NCBI GenBank assembly: GCA_958296135.2
Contig: CATQHZ020000001.1
Coordinates: forward strand, 864,001-928,000
Source of the DNA: an uncultured Poribacteria bacterium
GTDB taxonomy: Bacteria; Poribacteria; WGA-4E; WGA-3G
Direction of reading: 5' to 3'
DNA: 64,000 bases
The notes under the pieces were generated by a model. That model saw nothing but the letters and a program-made list of their open reading frames with translations. It was not told where the DNA came from and ran no database searches. How positions within the stretch are numbered: the first letter of the stretch is position 1; each line of letters opens with the position of its first letter. Both the position numbers and the translations under genes were made by a program. Shown in pieces: positions 1 to 9,632 of the stretch.

Positions 1-235
1 AGTGTGCCTCGAGGTCATCGAGAGAGAGGCTGAGTCCTGCCTTGGTGGCGTTAATCTGCGGTTCAACGAGGGCTTTCGGCGGAACGCGCCGCAAGCGCAT
101 CGCGACCAGGTCAAAAATGCCCACTTTCACGCCCGCGGCGATGGCAGTAATCCACAGGCCGACGGGGACGAACCACGTAAGGATAACTAGAAATAGGATT
201 AATCCTACGGCGATTATTGCAACAATTGGTTCCAT
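1..235 (-). CDS. floA: Flotillin-like protein FloA paralog (5' part only, runs off window)
   Basis: Not in the ORF track. Manual translation from ATG at 235 gives [36 protein letters not shown]...MRLRRVPP...KAGL...LEAH, collinear with the neighbouring FloA. AAGGAG RBS at 243-248. Confidence 0.85.
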   Translation of the reverse strand, partial: MEPIVAIIAVGLILFLVILTWFVPVGLWITAIAAGVKVGIFDLVAMRLRRVPPKALVEPQINATKAGLSLSLDDLEAH

Positions 236-247
236 GTTCGTACTCCT

Positions 248-1138
248 TTATTCAGTGTTCAAATTCCCTTCGCGGAATGCTCCGGCGAGTGCGCGCGGGA
301 CGCGTGCCTCTGCTTCGACGACTTTGGCACGCATTTCCTGCACACTGGCAGTCATCTCCTGCTTGCGTGCGACGGCCATTGCGCGGCGTTCCTCTGCTTT
401 CGCTTGCGCGACAACCAGGTCTGCCTCGGCCTGCTCGGCTTGCAATTCGGCACCGATGTTCTTTCCAACGTTGACATCGGCGATATCAATGGATAGGATT
501 TCAAAAGCGGTGCCTGCATCGAGTCCGCGGTCTAACACGGTTTTAGAAATGATGTCAGGGTTTTCCAGTACATCTTCGTAGGTTTCGGATGCCCCGATGG
601 CACTGATAATGCCCTCACCGACGCGGGCGATAATCGTCTCTTCGCCTGCGCCGCCGACGAGGCGGTTGATATTCGTGCGCACCGTAATTCTGACGGTGGT
701 GATGAGCTCTACGCCGTCTAATGCGAGTGCGCTGATACGCGGCGTGGTAATGACGCGCGGGTTGACGCTCACCTGCACTGCCTCAAAGACATCTCTTCCC
801 GCCAGATCGATGGCGGAGGAACGTTGGAATGTGAGTTCAATTCGGGCTTTATCGGCGGCGATGAGCGCGCTGACGACGTTCAGCACGTTCCCCCCGGCGA
901 GGTAATGTGCTTCCAATTCGGCGGTTGTTATTTTCAAACCGGCTTTATGGGCACTGACGAGTCCTTTGACGATGATGTTCGGATCGACGCGGCGGAGTCG
1001 CATGCCAACCAGGTCAAAAATGCGGAGCGGCACGCCTGCCGCAATCGCCGCGATCCACAATCCGACTGGGACGAACCAAAAGAACGCGATAACAACAATT
1101 AAGATAACGAGGGCAACTATCCCCGTAAATGCATCCAT
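248..1138 (-). CDS. floA: Flotillin-like protein FloA (YqfA family)
   Basis: Motifs [55 protein letters not shown] and [12 protein letters not shown]. Confidence 0.95.
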   Translation of the reverse strand: MDAFTGIVALVILIVVIAFFWFVPVGLWIAAIAAGVPLRIFDLVGMRLRRVDPNIIVKGLVSAHKAGLKITTAELEAHYLAGGNVLNVVSALIAADKARIELTFQRSSAIDLAGRDVFEAVQVSVNPRVITTPRISALALDGVELITTVRITVRTNINRLVGGAGEETIIARVGEGIISAIGASETYEDVLENPDIISKTVLDRGLDAGTAFEILSIDIADVNVGKNIGAELQAEQAEADLVVAQAKAEERRAMAVARKQEMTASVQEMRAKVVEAEARVPRALAGAFREGNLNTE

Positions 1139-1328
1139 AATGTGTTTCTCCTTTAGGCCTTACGCAATTTCTTAGCAAATTCCACGTAGGCGCGCTTTGA
1201 TGAAGAGTGATGAAGATTAAGGAAATCCCCGGTCATTTTTTATCGATGGAGACAGGCGGATGTGAACGACATCCGCTCTTACAGTCGCCATCGGGCGTGT
1301 GTGCTTTCCGAACCTTGTCCGATGCCAT

Positions 1329-1808
1329 TTACAAACTTCGGACAACGACCCGATTTCCTTCAACCAGAATCACTTCAATTTCTGTTTCTTTGTCGACAAA
1401 TTCGCCGCGTGTGACGATGTCCACGCGATGTCCATCAATTAGGGCGATGCCTGCTGGGCGCAGCGGCGTGATGGTTTTTCCGGATTTGCCTATCAACGTT
1501 GTTAATTCCTGTGGCATCGCCTGAAACCCATCGTTGCTATTTTGCGAGGTTTTCAGGATGAAGACGTTCCCTATCGGCGTTTCGCGAATCAGCGATAGGC
1601 TGATGATAGCTATTGGGATGGCGAAAACCAGTGCGATGCTGCCGTAGATGAGTGCGGAGTAGAGCCCGACATTCCACCAGATAATGCCGAGTCCGCTGCC
1701 GACAAGCACAACCCCCGGCACCCCTGCTGCGCCGAACCCCGGCAGGATGAGGAGCTCAATAAAAATGAGCAGGAAGCCTAACGCGATGAGCAGTGTTGGA
1801 AACCACAT
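1329..1808 (-). CDS. NfeD family membrane protein (short, OB-fold C-terminus)
   Basis: Hydrophobic N-terminus with ELLILPGFG; C-terminal G..TPLRPAG...IDG...VEGNRVVV. Confidence 0.9.
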   Translation of the reverse strand: MWFPTLLIALGFLLIFIELLILPGFGAAGVPGVVLVGSGLGIIWWNVGLYSALIYGSIALVFAIPIAIISLSLIRETPIGNVFILKTSQNSNDGFQAMPQELTTLIGKSGKTITPLRPAGIALIDGHRVDIVTRGEFVDKETEIEVILVEGNRVVVRSL

Positions 1809-1810
1809 AA

Positions 1811-3334
1811 TTATTCCTCAAGTGCTTCAACAAAAACCTTAGCTCCCTCGACTTCGAGTACTTTGACGGTGGTGTTTCGTGCGATGAAATCGCCTTCCGT
1901 GATGACATCCACCCGCTTGTTGTTAATCCGCGCACTCCCCGCGGGCCGCAACGGTGTCAACGCGATTCCTGTCTGCCCAAGGTAGCTCTGGAAATCTTCG
2001 GAGCCTGCTGAATGGTATCCGCTATCCGCTGTCATGACTGTCGGTAGCGCGAACTGCCGGAAGGCTTGTGTCTTGGGGAGTCGCCATGCTGCCAGGATTG
2101 CCATCGTGCATGTCAGAATCACGGAGAGGGAGAGCCACTGAATCGCTGTGCCGAGTTCGTAAGCGTTTTTAAAGACAAAAAAGACGCTGCCTAACATCAG
2201 CGTAATGCCGATGATTCCGGCGACACCGAACCCCGGGATGACGAATACCTCGAGCACGATTAAAGCGATGCCGATGACGAAAGCGAGAGCCGCCCATTCG
2301 GCCTCGATCTGGTTGAGCATGTGTCCACCGAAGAAAAGCCCGAGGCACAGCAGTCCAAGGAAACCGGGGATGCCGAAGCCGGGCGTGCGAATCTCGATAA
2401 AGATGCCCAACATCCCTAGCGAAAGTAGGACAGAGCTGATGAGCGGGCTTGTGAGGAAAAAGACGATGCTATCTGCCAGCGTTACTGCGTAGCGTTGGAC
2501 TTGCGCGTCCTCCAACGGTTTCACGCGCGTCACTTGTCCTACGCCGAGTTCTTCTTGTTTCCGCGTGACATCTTCCGTATGCAGTGCCATTTTGACACCG
2601 TCAATCTCAACGATTTCGTATTGTGCGAGCAATGTTGACAGATTTTCCGCTTGCGCGTCGGCGAATTCGTATTCGAGTGCTTCCAGGGTTGTCATGGTGA
2701 GCAGTTTTCCCTGCGCGCAGAGAATTTCCATTTGCTGTCCGGTTTCTGCTTCTTCGAGATATTCTTCTGGGAGCAGTTTCACGATATGTCCATCGGGTAG
2801 TCTGACGAGGACGATTTCCTTATCCACCATTGCTTCGGCGATATCTGGGTTTCGGTTTTGCCGTTCGGCAGTGGCGCGTATAGTTCCTCTGATGTAGGAG
2901 ATGGCTTTTTCGCCGGCTTCTTCACCTTGAATGTTCACGGGTGCGGAGTCGCCGATGGTGCCGCCGGATGCCATCACAATCTGTGAGCAGGCGGCTGATA
3001 TCATTGCGCCTGCGGAGATGGCTTGCCTGTTGACAAAGGCGATAGTCGGGAGTTGCGTCGCCTGAATGGCACGGATAATATCGACGGCGGCATCGACGCG
3101 GCCGCCGGGTGTATCCACATCAAAAACGATGGCATCTGCCTCCGCCTCCTCGGCGAGGCGAATGCCTTGGCTGATGTAGGAGCTCACGCCGCTGCCGATT
3201 TCGTTGCGAATGTCAATGACATAGACGAGTGCCTCATCCGCCGCCATCGCACCGTGGTTGATGAAAAGGCAACCGATGGTTAAGATGAGGAGGTGATAGG
3301 GCACCCCGTTTTTTAGTTTTCGTGCGCGTTTCAT
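1811..3334 (-). CDS. NfeD/YqeZ family protein (ClpP-like domain, TM helices, OB fold)
   Basis: Motifs DTPGGRVDAA, AISAGAMIS, EIRTPGFG and TPLRPAG; typical nfeD-floA operon context. Confidence 0.92.
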   Translation of the reverse strand: MKRARKLKNGVPYHLLILTIGCLFINHGAMAADEALVYVIDIRNEIGSGVSSYISQGIRLAEEAEADAIVFDVDTPGGRVDAAVDIIRAIQATQLPTIAFVNRQAISAGAMISAACSQIVMASGGTIGDSAPVNIQGEEAGEKAISYIRGTIRATAERQNRNPDIAEAMVDKEIVLVRLPDGHIVKLLPEEYLEEAETGQQMEILCAQGKLLTMTTLEALEYEFADAQAENLSTLLAQYEIVEIDGVKMALHTEDVTRKQEELGVGQVTRVKPLEDAQVQRYAVTLADSIVFFLTSPLISSVLLSLGMLGIFIEIRTPGFGIPGFLGLLCLGLFFGGHMLNQIEAEWAALAFVIGIALIVLEVFVIPGFGVAGIIGITLMLGSVFFVFKNAYELGTAIQWLSLSVILTCTMAILAAWRLPKTQAFRQFALPTVMTADSGYHSAGSEDFQSYLGQTGIALTPLRPAGSARINNKRVDVITEGDFIARNTTVKVLEVEGAKVFVEALEE

Positions 3335-3373
3335 GATAATGACTCCTTTTTGGAACTATAGCGTTTTCAATAT

Positions 3374-3403
3374 AGTATACATTATCCGTGCGTCGCATGT
3401 CAA
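3374..3403 (-). promoter_or_regulatory. sigma70-type promoter of the nfeD-floA operon
   Basis: Minus strand TTGACA-N18-TATACT. Confidence 0.6.
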
Positions 3404-3437
3404 GGGAATTTTCAAGTTCGCCAGATGCTGTTGATTG

Positions 3438-4043
3438 TTACGCCTTCTGCGCCGCCATGTTTGCAAGGATGCCCAGAATCTTGTCACATCGTTCAATCGT
3501 GTAAACCGCCATATCCATCTGGAGTTTGTCGCCTTCCAACTTCAGAAAGAGCCAATCGATGCCCGATGTGATGGCTCCATAGATGCAGGGGATATCATTC
3601 CCTCGTTGGGCATTAAAGCGTTGGGCGGCCACCATCTCCGCCGCGCACTGTCCGAGCCCCAGTTTCACGTCGGCGTTTTTTGCCTCGACGAGGATGATGA
3701 CAGGTGCCTCCAGAACGAATTGCGCCGGCGACAGGCTGAGCACGAAATCGCAAGTGCCGGTTAATTCGGCCTGAGCATCGACATTGAAGTCAATCCCTGA
3801 AAAGAGACTGATGCGGTAGTCCATGTGGATGCAGAGTTCGATGAGGATGTCAGCGATAATCATTTCGGAGCGCGCCTTCTCGGTGCCGATGGCGTAGGCG
3901 AACGGCACATTTCGTTCCAACGTTGCTTTGAGATGCGGGCTCGGCTCCACTGGTTCAATCCCCGCGAAGATGCCGGGCGCGTTCACCTGTTCTAGGTGAA
4001 ACGTTTCCTGCACTGACTCTAGCGTAAAATGGCTATAGGCCAT
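3438..4043 (-). CDS. Hypothetical PD-(D/E)XK-fold protein (HsdR N-terminal-like family)
   Basis: Motifs TEKARSE, G.CDF, VEAK, GLGQC.AEM.AAQ.FN and IYG.IT.G..W.F; paralog at 35334-35954. Confidence 0.7.
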   Translation of the reverse strand: MAYSHFTLESVQETFHLEQVNAPGIFAGIEPVEPSPHLKATLERNVPFAYAIGTEKARSEMIIADILIELCIHMDYRISLFSGIDFNVDAQAELTGTCDFVLSLSPAQFVLEAPVIILVEAKNADVKLGLGQCAAEMVAAQRFNAQRGNDIPCIYGAITSGIDWLFLKLEGDKLQMDMAVYTIERCDKILGILANMAAQKA

Positions 4044-4161
4044 GCGAGCGCACCTCCTGCCTCTTGTCGGGTTGTAGGGCTGTCACTCGGGTCTCGGGCT
4101 GTTATGTTCATTTGCCTCTTTTCCATTCGGTAGGAATTGTAGCACAAATGGGCGGCGCGCG

Positions 4162-5817
4162 TCAAGAGAAAATGAGCCGCAATCCCTCAAGTTCTGCAAG
4201 TTTTTGCAGGGCCCATCCTACTAACTCGCTGTTGCCCTCCGCCTCAGCGAGTTCCAATGCCTTTTGCCAATCCTGCTTTGCACCTGCATAGTCCTCAAGC
4301 TGCGCTTTTGCTGTGGCACGTCCATGGTAGGTGATGGCATGGTTGGGGGTGTATCGGAGAACCTTCGTGTAGTCAGAAATAGCTCCCGCGTAGTCCTCAA
4401 GTTGAACTTTTGACACTGCCCGCAAACCGTATGCCCGAGCATCCTCTGGGTTTCGGCGGAGTGCCTCGTCACAGTCGGCAAGAGCCGCTGCGGGGTCCCC
4501 AAGTGCCCCTTTTGCCAAAGCACGCCAAGAATAAGCGGAGGCATCATCTGGGTTTCGGCGGAGGGTTTCATTGCAGTCTGCGATAACTCCTGCGTAGTCG
4601 TTAAGGGTCGCTTTCACCTTTGCACGCCAACGGTATGCTTCAATATCATCGGGTGTGCGGCGAAGGTATTCGTCAAAGTCGGCGAGAGCCCCCGCATGGT
4701 CCCCAATCAGTCCCTTCGCGTCGGCACGCTGGCGATAAGCAGAAACGTGCTCTGGATCTCGGCGGAGCGCGTTATCAAAGTCAATACGGGCCCCGACATA
4801 GTCATGAATCTGGATTTTTGCCCGTGCCCTGCAACAGTATGCAGTGACATTGTCGGGGTTTAGGCGGAGAGATTCGTCAAAATCAAGGATGCCTCCCTCA
4901 AAGTCACGAAGTTGGACCTTCGCATCGCCGCGCCCGAGGTACGCCTTGGCATCGTTGGGCGCACGGCAGATGAACTCCGTGTAATCAATGATGGCCCCCG
5001 CGTAGTCACCTAGCAGTGCTTTCGCGCCCGCCCGCCAGCGATAAGCATGGCCCGCGCCCAGGTTTAGGCGGAGTGTCTCATCATAGTCTGGGATGGCACC
5101 TGCATAGTCCTCAAGTTCAAATTTCATATTCCCGCGACAGTAGTAAGCCGTGGCATTGGCAGGGTTTCGGCGGATAACCTCTGTATAGTCCTCAAGCGCA
5201 CCTGCGTGGTCTTGACTTATCGCCTTTTCTTGAGCACGACGCATATAGTTTGCCTCGTCAAAGGCGAATTCCTCAGTAATCCACGCGTGCAAAACATGGT
5301 TCAAGACCAGGTGTACATCCTCAACCGGTCCATACCGGTCGCTGTCGACGACGACGCTGATGTCACAGAGTGCTGCCAAGTCGCCGCCGCCGAAGCCGCA
5401 CCACGCCACCGTTTTGCATCCGATATCCGCTGCGTACTGCATCGCGCGGAGGACGTTCTCCGAATTGCCGCTCGCACTGATGCCGATAACCAAGTCCCCG
5501 GGATTCACGAGGTTCTTGAGTTGCTCCACGAAGACATCTTCATAAGCAACATCGTTGGCCCACGCTGTCATCGTGGCGACGTTGTCGGTGAGGCTGATGA
5601 CGCGGAAGCGCGGTTTCCCTTCGATGCTCGTACCTTTGCCTAAATCGCAAGCGAGGTGCGATGCGGTGGACGCGCTCCCGCCGTTGCCGATGACAAAGAT
5701 TTGTTTATCGGCGTGATAGGCCTCCATAACTGCGTCTATGGATTTTTGCACGTCTGCTAAGTTTAATCGTGCCAGAACCCCTTGCAAATGTGAAATGTAG
5801 TTCTGAATTCTTTCCAT
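4162..5817 (-). CDS. SIS-domain sugar-phosphate isomerase (GmhA-like) fused to a C-terminal TPR array
   Basis: N-terminal GNGGSA..ASH, GISASGNS.NV and VEDVH; after about aa 190, roughly ten 34-aa repeats (AY..RA.AK..L.DYAGAI.D..E.LR..P). Confidence 0.88.
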   Translation of the reverse strand: MERIQNYISHLQGVLARLNLADVQKSIDAVMEAYHADKQIFVIGNGGSASTASHLACDLGKGTSIEGKPRFRVISLTDNVATMTAWANDVAYEDVFVEQLKNLVNPGDLVIGISASGNSENVLRAMQYAADIGCKTVAWCGFGGGDLAALCDISVVVDSDRYGPVEDVHLVLNHVLHAWITEEFAFDEANYMRRAQEKAISQDHAGALEDYTEVIRRNPANATAYYCRGNMKFELEDYAGAIPDYDETLRLNLGAGHAYRWRAGAKALLGDYAGAIIDYTEFICRAPNDAKAYLGRGDAKVQLRDFEGGILDFDESLRLNPDNVTAYCCRARAKIQIHDYVGARIDFDNALRRDPEHVSAYRQRADAKGLIGDHAGALADFDEYLRRTPDDIEAYRWRAKVKATLNDYAGVIADCNETLRRNPDDASAYSWRALAKGALGDPAAALADCDEALRRNPEDARAYGLRAVSKVQLEDYAGAISDYTKVLRYTPNHAITYHGRATAKAQLEDYAGAKQDWQKALELAEAEGNSELVGWALQKLAELEGLRLIFS

Positions 5818-5895
5818 GAAGTTCTTCGCTCCTGTCCTCTATCCCGTGGTACGAGGGAATTTTCCTTCGTTTTTTGGCCCTCGCCATGTCAGGGG

Positions 5896-6062
5896 TTCGC
5901 GGGGGACAGGCCCCCGCGCTACGGTATTGAGGGTTTGTTGCATAACCATGTAAATGAGCAGTTCGCGGGGGACAGTGGACATCTCTGCAGCGAGGCGGCA
6001 GAGATGACAAAGTTACACGCACGTTTTCTGTAGGCGTGACCGTGACGGCCCCCGCGCTACGG
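5896..6062. repeat. GTAG-REP family A copies, one with a nested loop insert
   Basis: CGCGGGGGACAGGCCCCCGCGCTACGG at 5898-5924; the second copy is split by a GTGGACATCTCTGC...GCAGAGATGACAAAGTT insert. Confidence 0.85.
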
Positions 6063-6082
6063 GCTAGGGAGGTGCCGGCCGG

Positions 6083-7036
6083 TTATACTACCAACGCGAG
6101 TGCGGCCATATCCCCCAGATTCTCCCCGAGTTGCGCGGGCATGATTTGCGCTGCGTCAACCGGGCGCGCCATTGCCATTTTCGCCACCGTTTCCCGAATC
6201 GGCTGCAGCAATAAGTCACCGGCAGCCATCGCGATTGTCCCAATTAAGACGATGTCCGGGTTCAAAATGTTGAGCAGGTTTGCAATTCCCCATCCCATGT
6301 AATAGGCGGTTTCTTCTATTAGTTGCAGTGCCAATGCGTCTCCATCACGCGCCGCTGCAAGCACGTGTTCCGATTTGATGGCCCGTGCATCGCCATCGGT
6401 TAATTTCAGTAGTGCGGTTTTGGGTGATTTCTGAACAGCTTCTTGCGCGCGGCGCGCGATAGCGGGACCGGCGCATAACGCCTCCAAGCACCCACGCTTG
6501 CCGCATCCACACCGCGGTCCATCCGGTAAAAGGATTTGATGGCCGACTTCCCCTGCGCTGTCGTTGGCCCCGTGATAAATTTGCCCGTTGACGACGAGTC
6601 CGCCGCCGATGCCGGTGCTCATCGTCATATAGAGGACAATATCGTAGCCGCGTCCGCCGCCGAACCGCCATTCGGCGAGCGCGCTGGCGTTCGCGTCATT
6701 TTCGATTGTCGTCGGGATCTGGAATTCGGCTTCAAGGCGCGCCTTGAGCGGTAGCGCGTCCCACCCCGGCAAATTCGGGGGCGAGTAGACAACCCCGGTC
6801 TTCGTGTCCAGAGGGCCGCCGCAACTTACGCCTATCGCCGAGATTGCTTCCTGTTTCAAACCCGCAGCGGCGACGGTTTCGTCAACCATATCAAAAAGGA
6901 GTTGGATGGCGTAATCCGGTCCCTTTTCTGCGAGCGTCGGTTTGCGCGTTTTATAGAGGATGTTGGCGTTTTCATCGGCGACGACGGTTGCGAGTTTCGT
7001 TCCGCCGATGTCGATGCCTACGATGTGTTTTTTCAT
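6083..7036 (-). CDS. ROK family sugar kinase (glucokinase-like)
   Basis: Motifs GIDIGGT, ENDANA.ALAE, STGIGGG, GEVGH and CGCGKRGCLE. Confidence 0.93.
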   Translation of the reverse strand: MKKHIVGIDIGGTKLATVVADENANILYKTRKPTLAEKGPDYAIQLLFDMVDETVAAAGLKQEAISAIGVSCGGPLDTKTGVVYSPPNLPGWDALPLKARLEAEFQIPTTIENDANASALAEWRFGGGRGYDIVLYMTMSTGIGGGLVVNGQIYHGANDSAGEVGHQILLPDGPRCGCGKRGCLEALCAGPAIARRAQEAVQKSPKTALLKLTDGDARAIKSEHVLAAARDGDALALQLIEETAYYMGWGIANLLNILNPDIVLIGTIAMAAGDLLLQPIRETVAKMAMARPVDAAQIMPAQLGENLGDMAALALVV

Positions 7037-8541
7037 GAGAATTGATGATTCAATGGACGCAGTGCCTGATAAATCTGCGCGTATGCCGCCAATTTCTCAT
7101 CGTAATGCGCGGCGACATTTTCACGCGGATAATAGACTTCACGCGGCGTGACGAGCTGCGCAACCGCTGCTTCAACGGACTCATATTTGCCGATGGCGGT
7201 GCCGGCTAAAATTGCTGTGCCGAGGCAGACACCTTCGGAGATGTCTAGTGCTACCACCTTTTTGCCGAACATGTCGGCCTTGAGTTGGAGCCATTTTTCG
7301 GATTTCGCGCCGCCGCCGATGGCGCGCACCTCGTTAATTATAACGCCGGCCTCTTGTAGCATGGCGAGATTCTGCTTTATCTCATAACTGATGCCTTCCA
7401 GGATGGCCTTGACGAGTTCGCCTCTTGTCGTGGAGAGCGTCAATCCGACAATCGCGCCTTTTGACTCCAAATCTAAATAAGGTGTCCCGGAGCCAGTAAA
7501 GTGCGGTAGCAACATCGCCGTGGCAGGTTCATCCGGCATTTCGGCGAGGAGCATGTCGTAGATGTCGCGGCTTTCTGCTGCTGCTTGCGCGACTTCTGCC
7601 TGCGCGAAGGTATCGCGATACCAGCGGAGGACAACGCCGCCGCTGGAGACAAATCCAAGCGTGACGTAAAGCCCATCGACGACGTGTGGGTAGCACGCGA
7701 AATTTCCGTCTATCATAGATTGATTGATGACAGGTTCGGTGAACGCGGGTGCGATGCACTCCACGGTGCCGGTTGCATCCATCACTTCGCCGCTGCGGAT
7801 GATGCCAGCACCCAGTGCGCCGCAGGGCTGGTCATGCCCTCCTGTGACTCCCACGACACCTCTCGGCAGGCCAAGTTCATCGGCGATTTTTGGGCTTACC
7901 TCCCCGATGATAGTGCCGGAGGGTGCGGTATTCGGCAAGAGGTTTGCATCCACATCCCCCAAACCGAGCATTTCGTCCGACCAGGTTTTGTTGATAATAT
8001 CGAAAGCCATCGTGCGCGCGGCGAGCGAATAATCCACCACGGGCGGAATGCCGAGTTGGAAATAGACGAAATCTTCAAAGCCAAGGAACTTCCACACTTG
8101 CCGGTAAATATCGGGTTGATTTCGTTGCATCCAGATAAGTTTTGGCAGCGTGTGAATGTCGCTCGGCGGCATCCCAGTGATGCGCATGACTTCCAGCGGA
8201 CTTAGCTGTCCCTTGAGTTCGTTGCAGATACCGGCGGTTCTATCATCGAACGTCGTGATGGCGTTCGCCAAGATAGCGCCGTTCGCCGAGATGGGTGTGA
8301 CTGCTTCGCCTTGCGATGCGACGCTGATAGCCTCAATCGGTTCGGCGTGTGTTTGCGCTGCAACCTGCTGAATACAGGCGGCGATGTTCTCCCAGACGAC
8401 ATGCGCATCTAATTCCGACCGGCCGGGTTGGGGATGGACGAGGGGGTACTCGCCGTATGCTTGCGCGAGAATTTCGCCATCTTCACGAAACGCGATGACT
8501 TTGCATCCAGTTGTGCCGACATCAATACCCAAAAGACTCAT
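7033..8541 (-). CDS. FGGY-family carbohydrate kinase (xylulokinase-like)
   Basis: Motifs LGIDVGTTG.K, GGHDQ, TGT and GGGAKS..WLQ.KAD. Confidence 0.92.
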   Translation of the reverse strand: MSLLGIDVGTTGCKVIAFREDGEILAQAYGEYPLVHPQPGRSELDAHVVWENIAACIQQVAAQTHAEPIEAISVASQGEAVTPISANGAILANAITTFDDRTAGICNELKGQLSPLEVMRITGMPPSDIHTLPKLIWMQRNQPDIYRQVWKFLGFEDFVYFQLGIPPVVDYSLAARTMAFDIINKTWSDEMLGLGDVDANLLPNTAPSGTIIGEVSPKIADELGLPRGVVGVTGGHDQPCGALGAGIIRSGEVMDATGTVECIAPAFTEPVINQSMIDGNFACYPHVVDGLYVTLGFVSSGGVVLRWYRDTFAQAEVAQAAAESRDIYDMLLAEMPDEPATAMLLPHFTGSGTPYLDLESKGAIVGLTLSTTRGELVKAILEGISYEIKQNLAMLQEAGVIINEVRAIGGGAKSEKWLQLKADMFGKKVVALDISEGVCLGTAILAGTAIGKYESVEAAVAQLVTPREVYYPRENVAAHYDEKLAAYAQIYQALRPLNHQFS

Positions 8542-8572
8542 TGACTTCTTCTCCTTGATACGGGATAAAAGT

Positions 8573-8643
8573 ATGATATGATAAATGACGTTTTAATGCA
8601 AGGTTTTTTTTGGGTTGCAAAGTGTCGTTTTTTGTGGTATCCT
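8573..8643. promoter_or_regulatory. Back-to-back promoters
   Basis: Minus strand TTGCAT-N17-TATCAT (8601-8573); plus strand TTGCAA-N17-TATCCT with extended TG (8615-8643). Confidence 0.55.
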
Positions 8644-8659
8644 ATTCTGATGCGATGAA

Positions 8660-9025
8660 GTTAAAAGGGGCCCTTAGTCCGTAGGGCGGGGTGCTGTGCT
8701 GCGCCGTGCCTAGGTCTGTAGAGCAGATGTCCCGAACATCGAGACGCGGGAGGTCTCTCCTACCGGGGGACAGGTTGTCCCTCGCGCTGCGGTTAAAAGG
8801 GGTCTTTTTTCGCGATCTGGGCATCGCGAGGCACAAGACCTCGCGCTACGGTTGAAGGGGCCTTCGCGCTACGGTGAAAAGGGGCCGCTTTCGCGCGATG
8901 GTTGAAGGGGTCCTTAGTCCGTAGGGCGCGGTCCTGTGCTGCGCCATGCATCGATCTATCAAGAGGAATCGCGAGGGACAGGTTTTCCCTCGCGCTACGG
9001 TGAAAAGGGGCCTTTCGTGCTACGA
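8660..9025. repeat. Mosaic REP cluster (families A, B, C)
   Basis: CCCTTAGTCCGTAGGGCG.GG...TGTGCTGCGCC x2, TCGAGACGCGGGAGGTCTCTCCTAC, and several CCTCGCGCTACGGT(G/T)AAAAGGGG. Confidence 0.88.
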
Positions 9026-9041
9026 AGGAGAAATACAATAG

Positions 9042-9551
9042 ATGGAACCTAAAATCCTTGTTGAAAGCAAAGGCAAACCCGTAAGAGACGTGGATTTGCT
9101 GGTGTTGTTTCCAAATACAACATGGAAACAAGTTTTCAGTGACGAAACGGGACAAGCTTGTCCCAAGCTTTATACGAACAAGTTACCGATGACTGTCTTC
9201 GCCGCATGTCCCGGCTTCAAGGCGTATGTGGAAAAAGACTGGGTGCCGGCGGAGAGAGTGCTGACAATTGAGCTGCAAGAATTACCCGATGGCGGTTCAC
9301 GTATCTTTCCACTATGCACCGGCTGCCTGCCACAATTTGAGGGGCGGTTAAACCCTATTCTTGATAGCGGAAAACGGACGTATCTCTACGCCGACAACAT
9401 TGCTATCAATGATGCCGACACACAGCCTGTCTCTTTCAAGTTCGGCGAGGATTTGCACCTCGTCGATTCAAACGGCAAGGCGTTGATGGTGCGAATCGTG
9501 GACATGATTAACAGAGCAGCGTTGTTGCAATTCCGTAAGTCGACACCCTAA
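9042..9551 (+). CDS. Hypothetical protein (169 aa)
   Basis: AAGGAG RBS and globular composition; no confident family assignment. Confidence 0.7.
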   Translation: MEPKILVESKGKPVRDVDLLVLFPNTTWKQVFSDETGQACPKLYTNKLPMTVFAACPGFKAYVEKDWVPAERVLTIELQELPDGGSRIFPLCTGCLPQFEGRLNPILDSGKRTYLYADNIAINDADTQPVSFKFGEDLHLVDSNGKALMVRIVDMINRAALLQFRKSTP

Positions 9552-9632
9552 GCGGAGACACGGCGGTTATGGCAGACTGGATGCGTCCTCAACGGACCGA
9601 CCCGCAGCTAGATAAACAACAGCGAGAGATAT

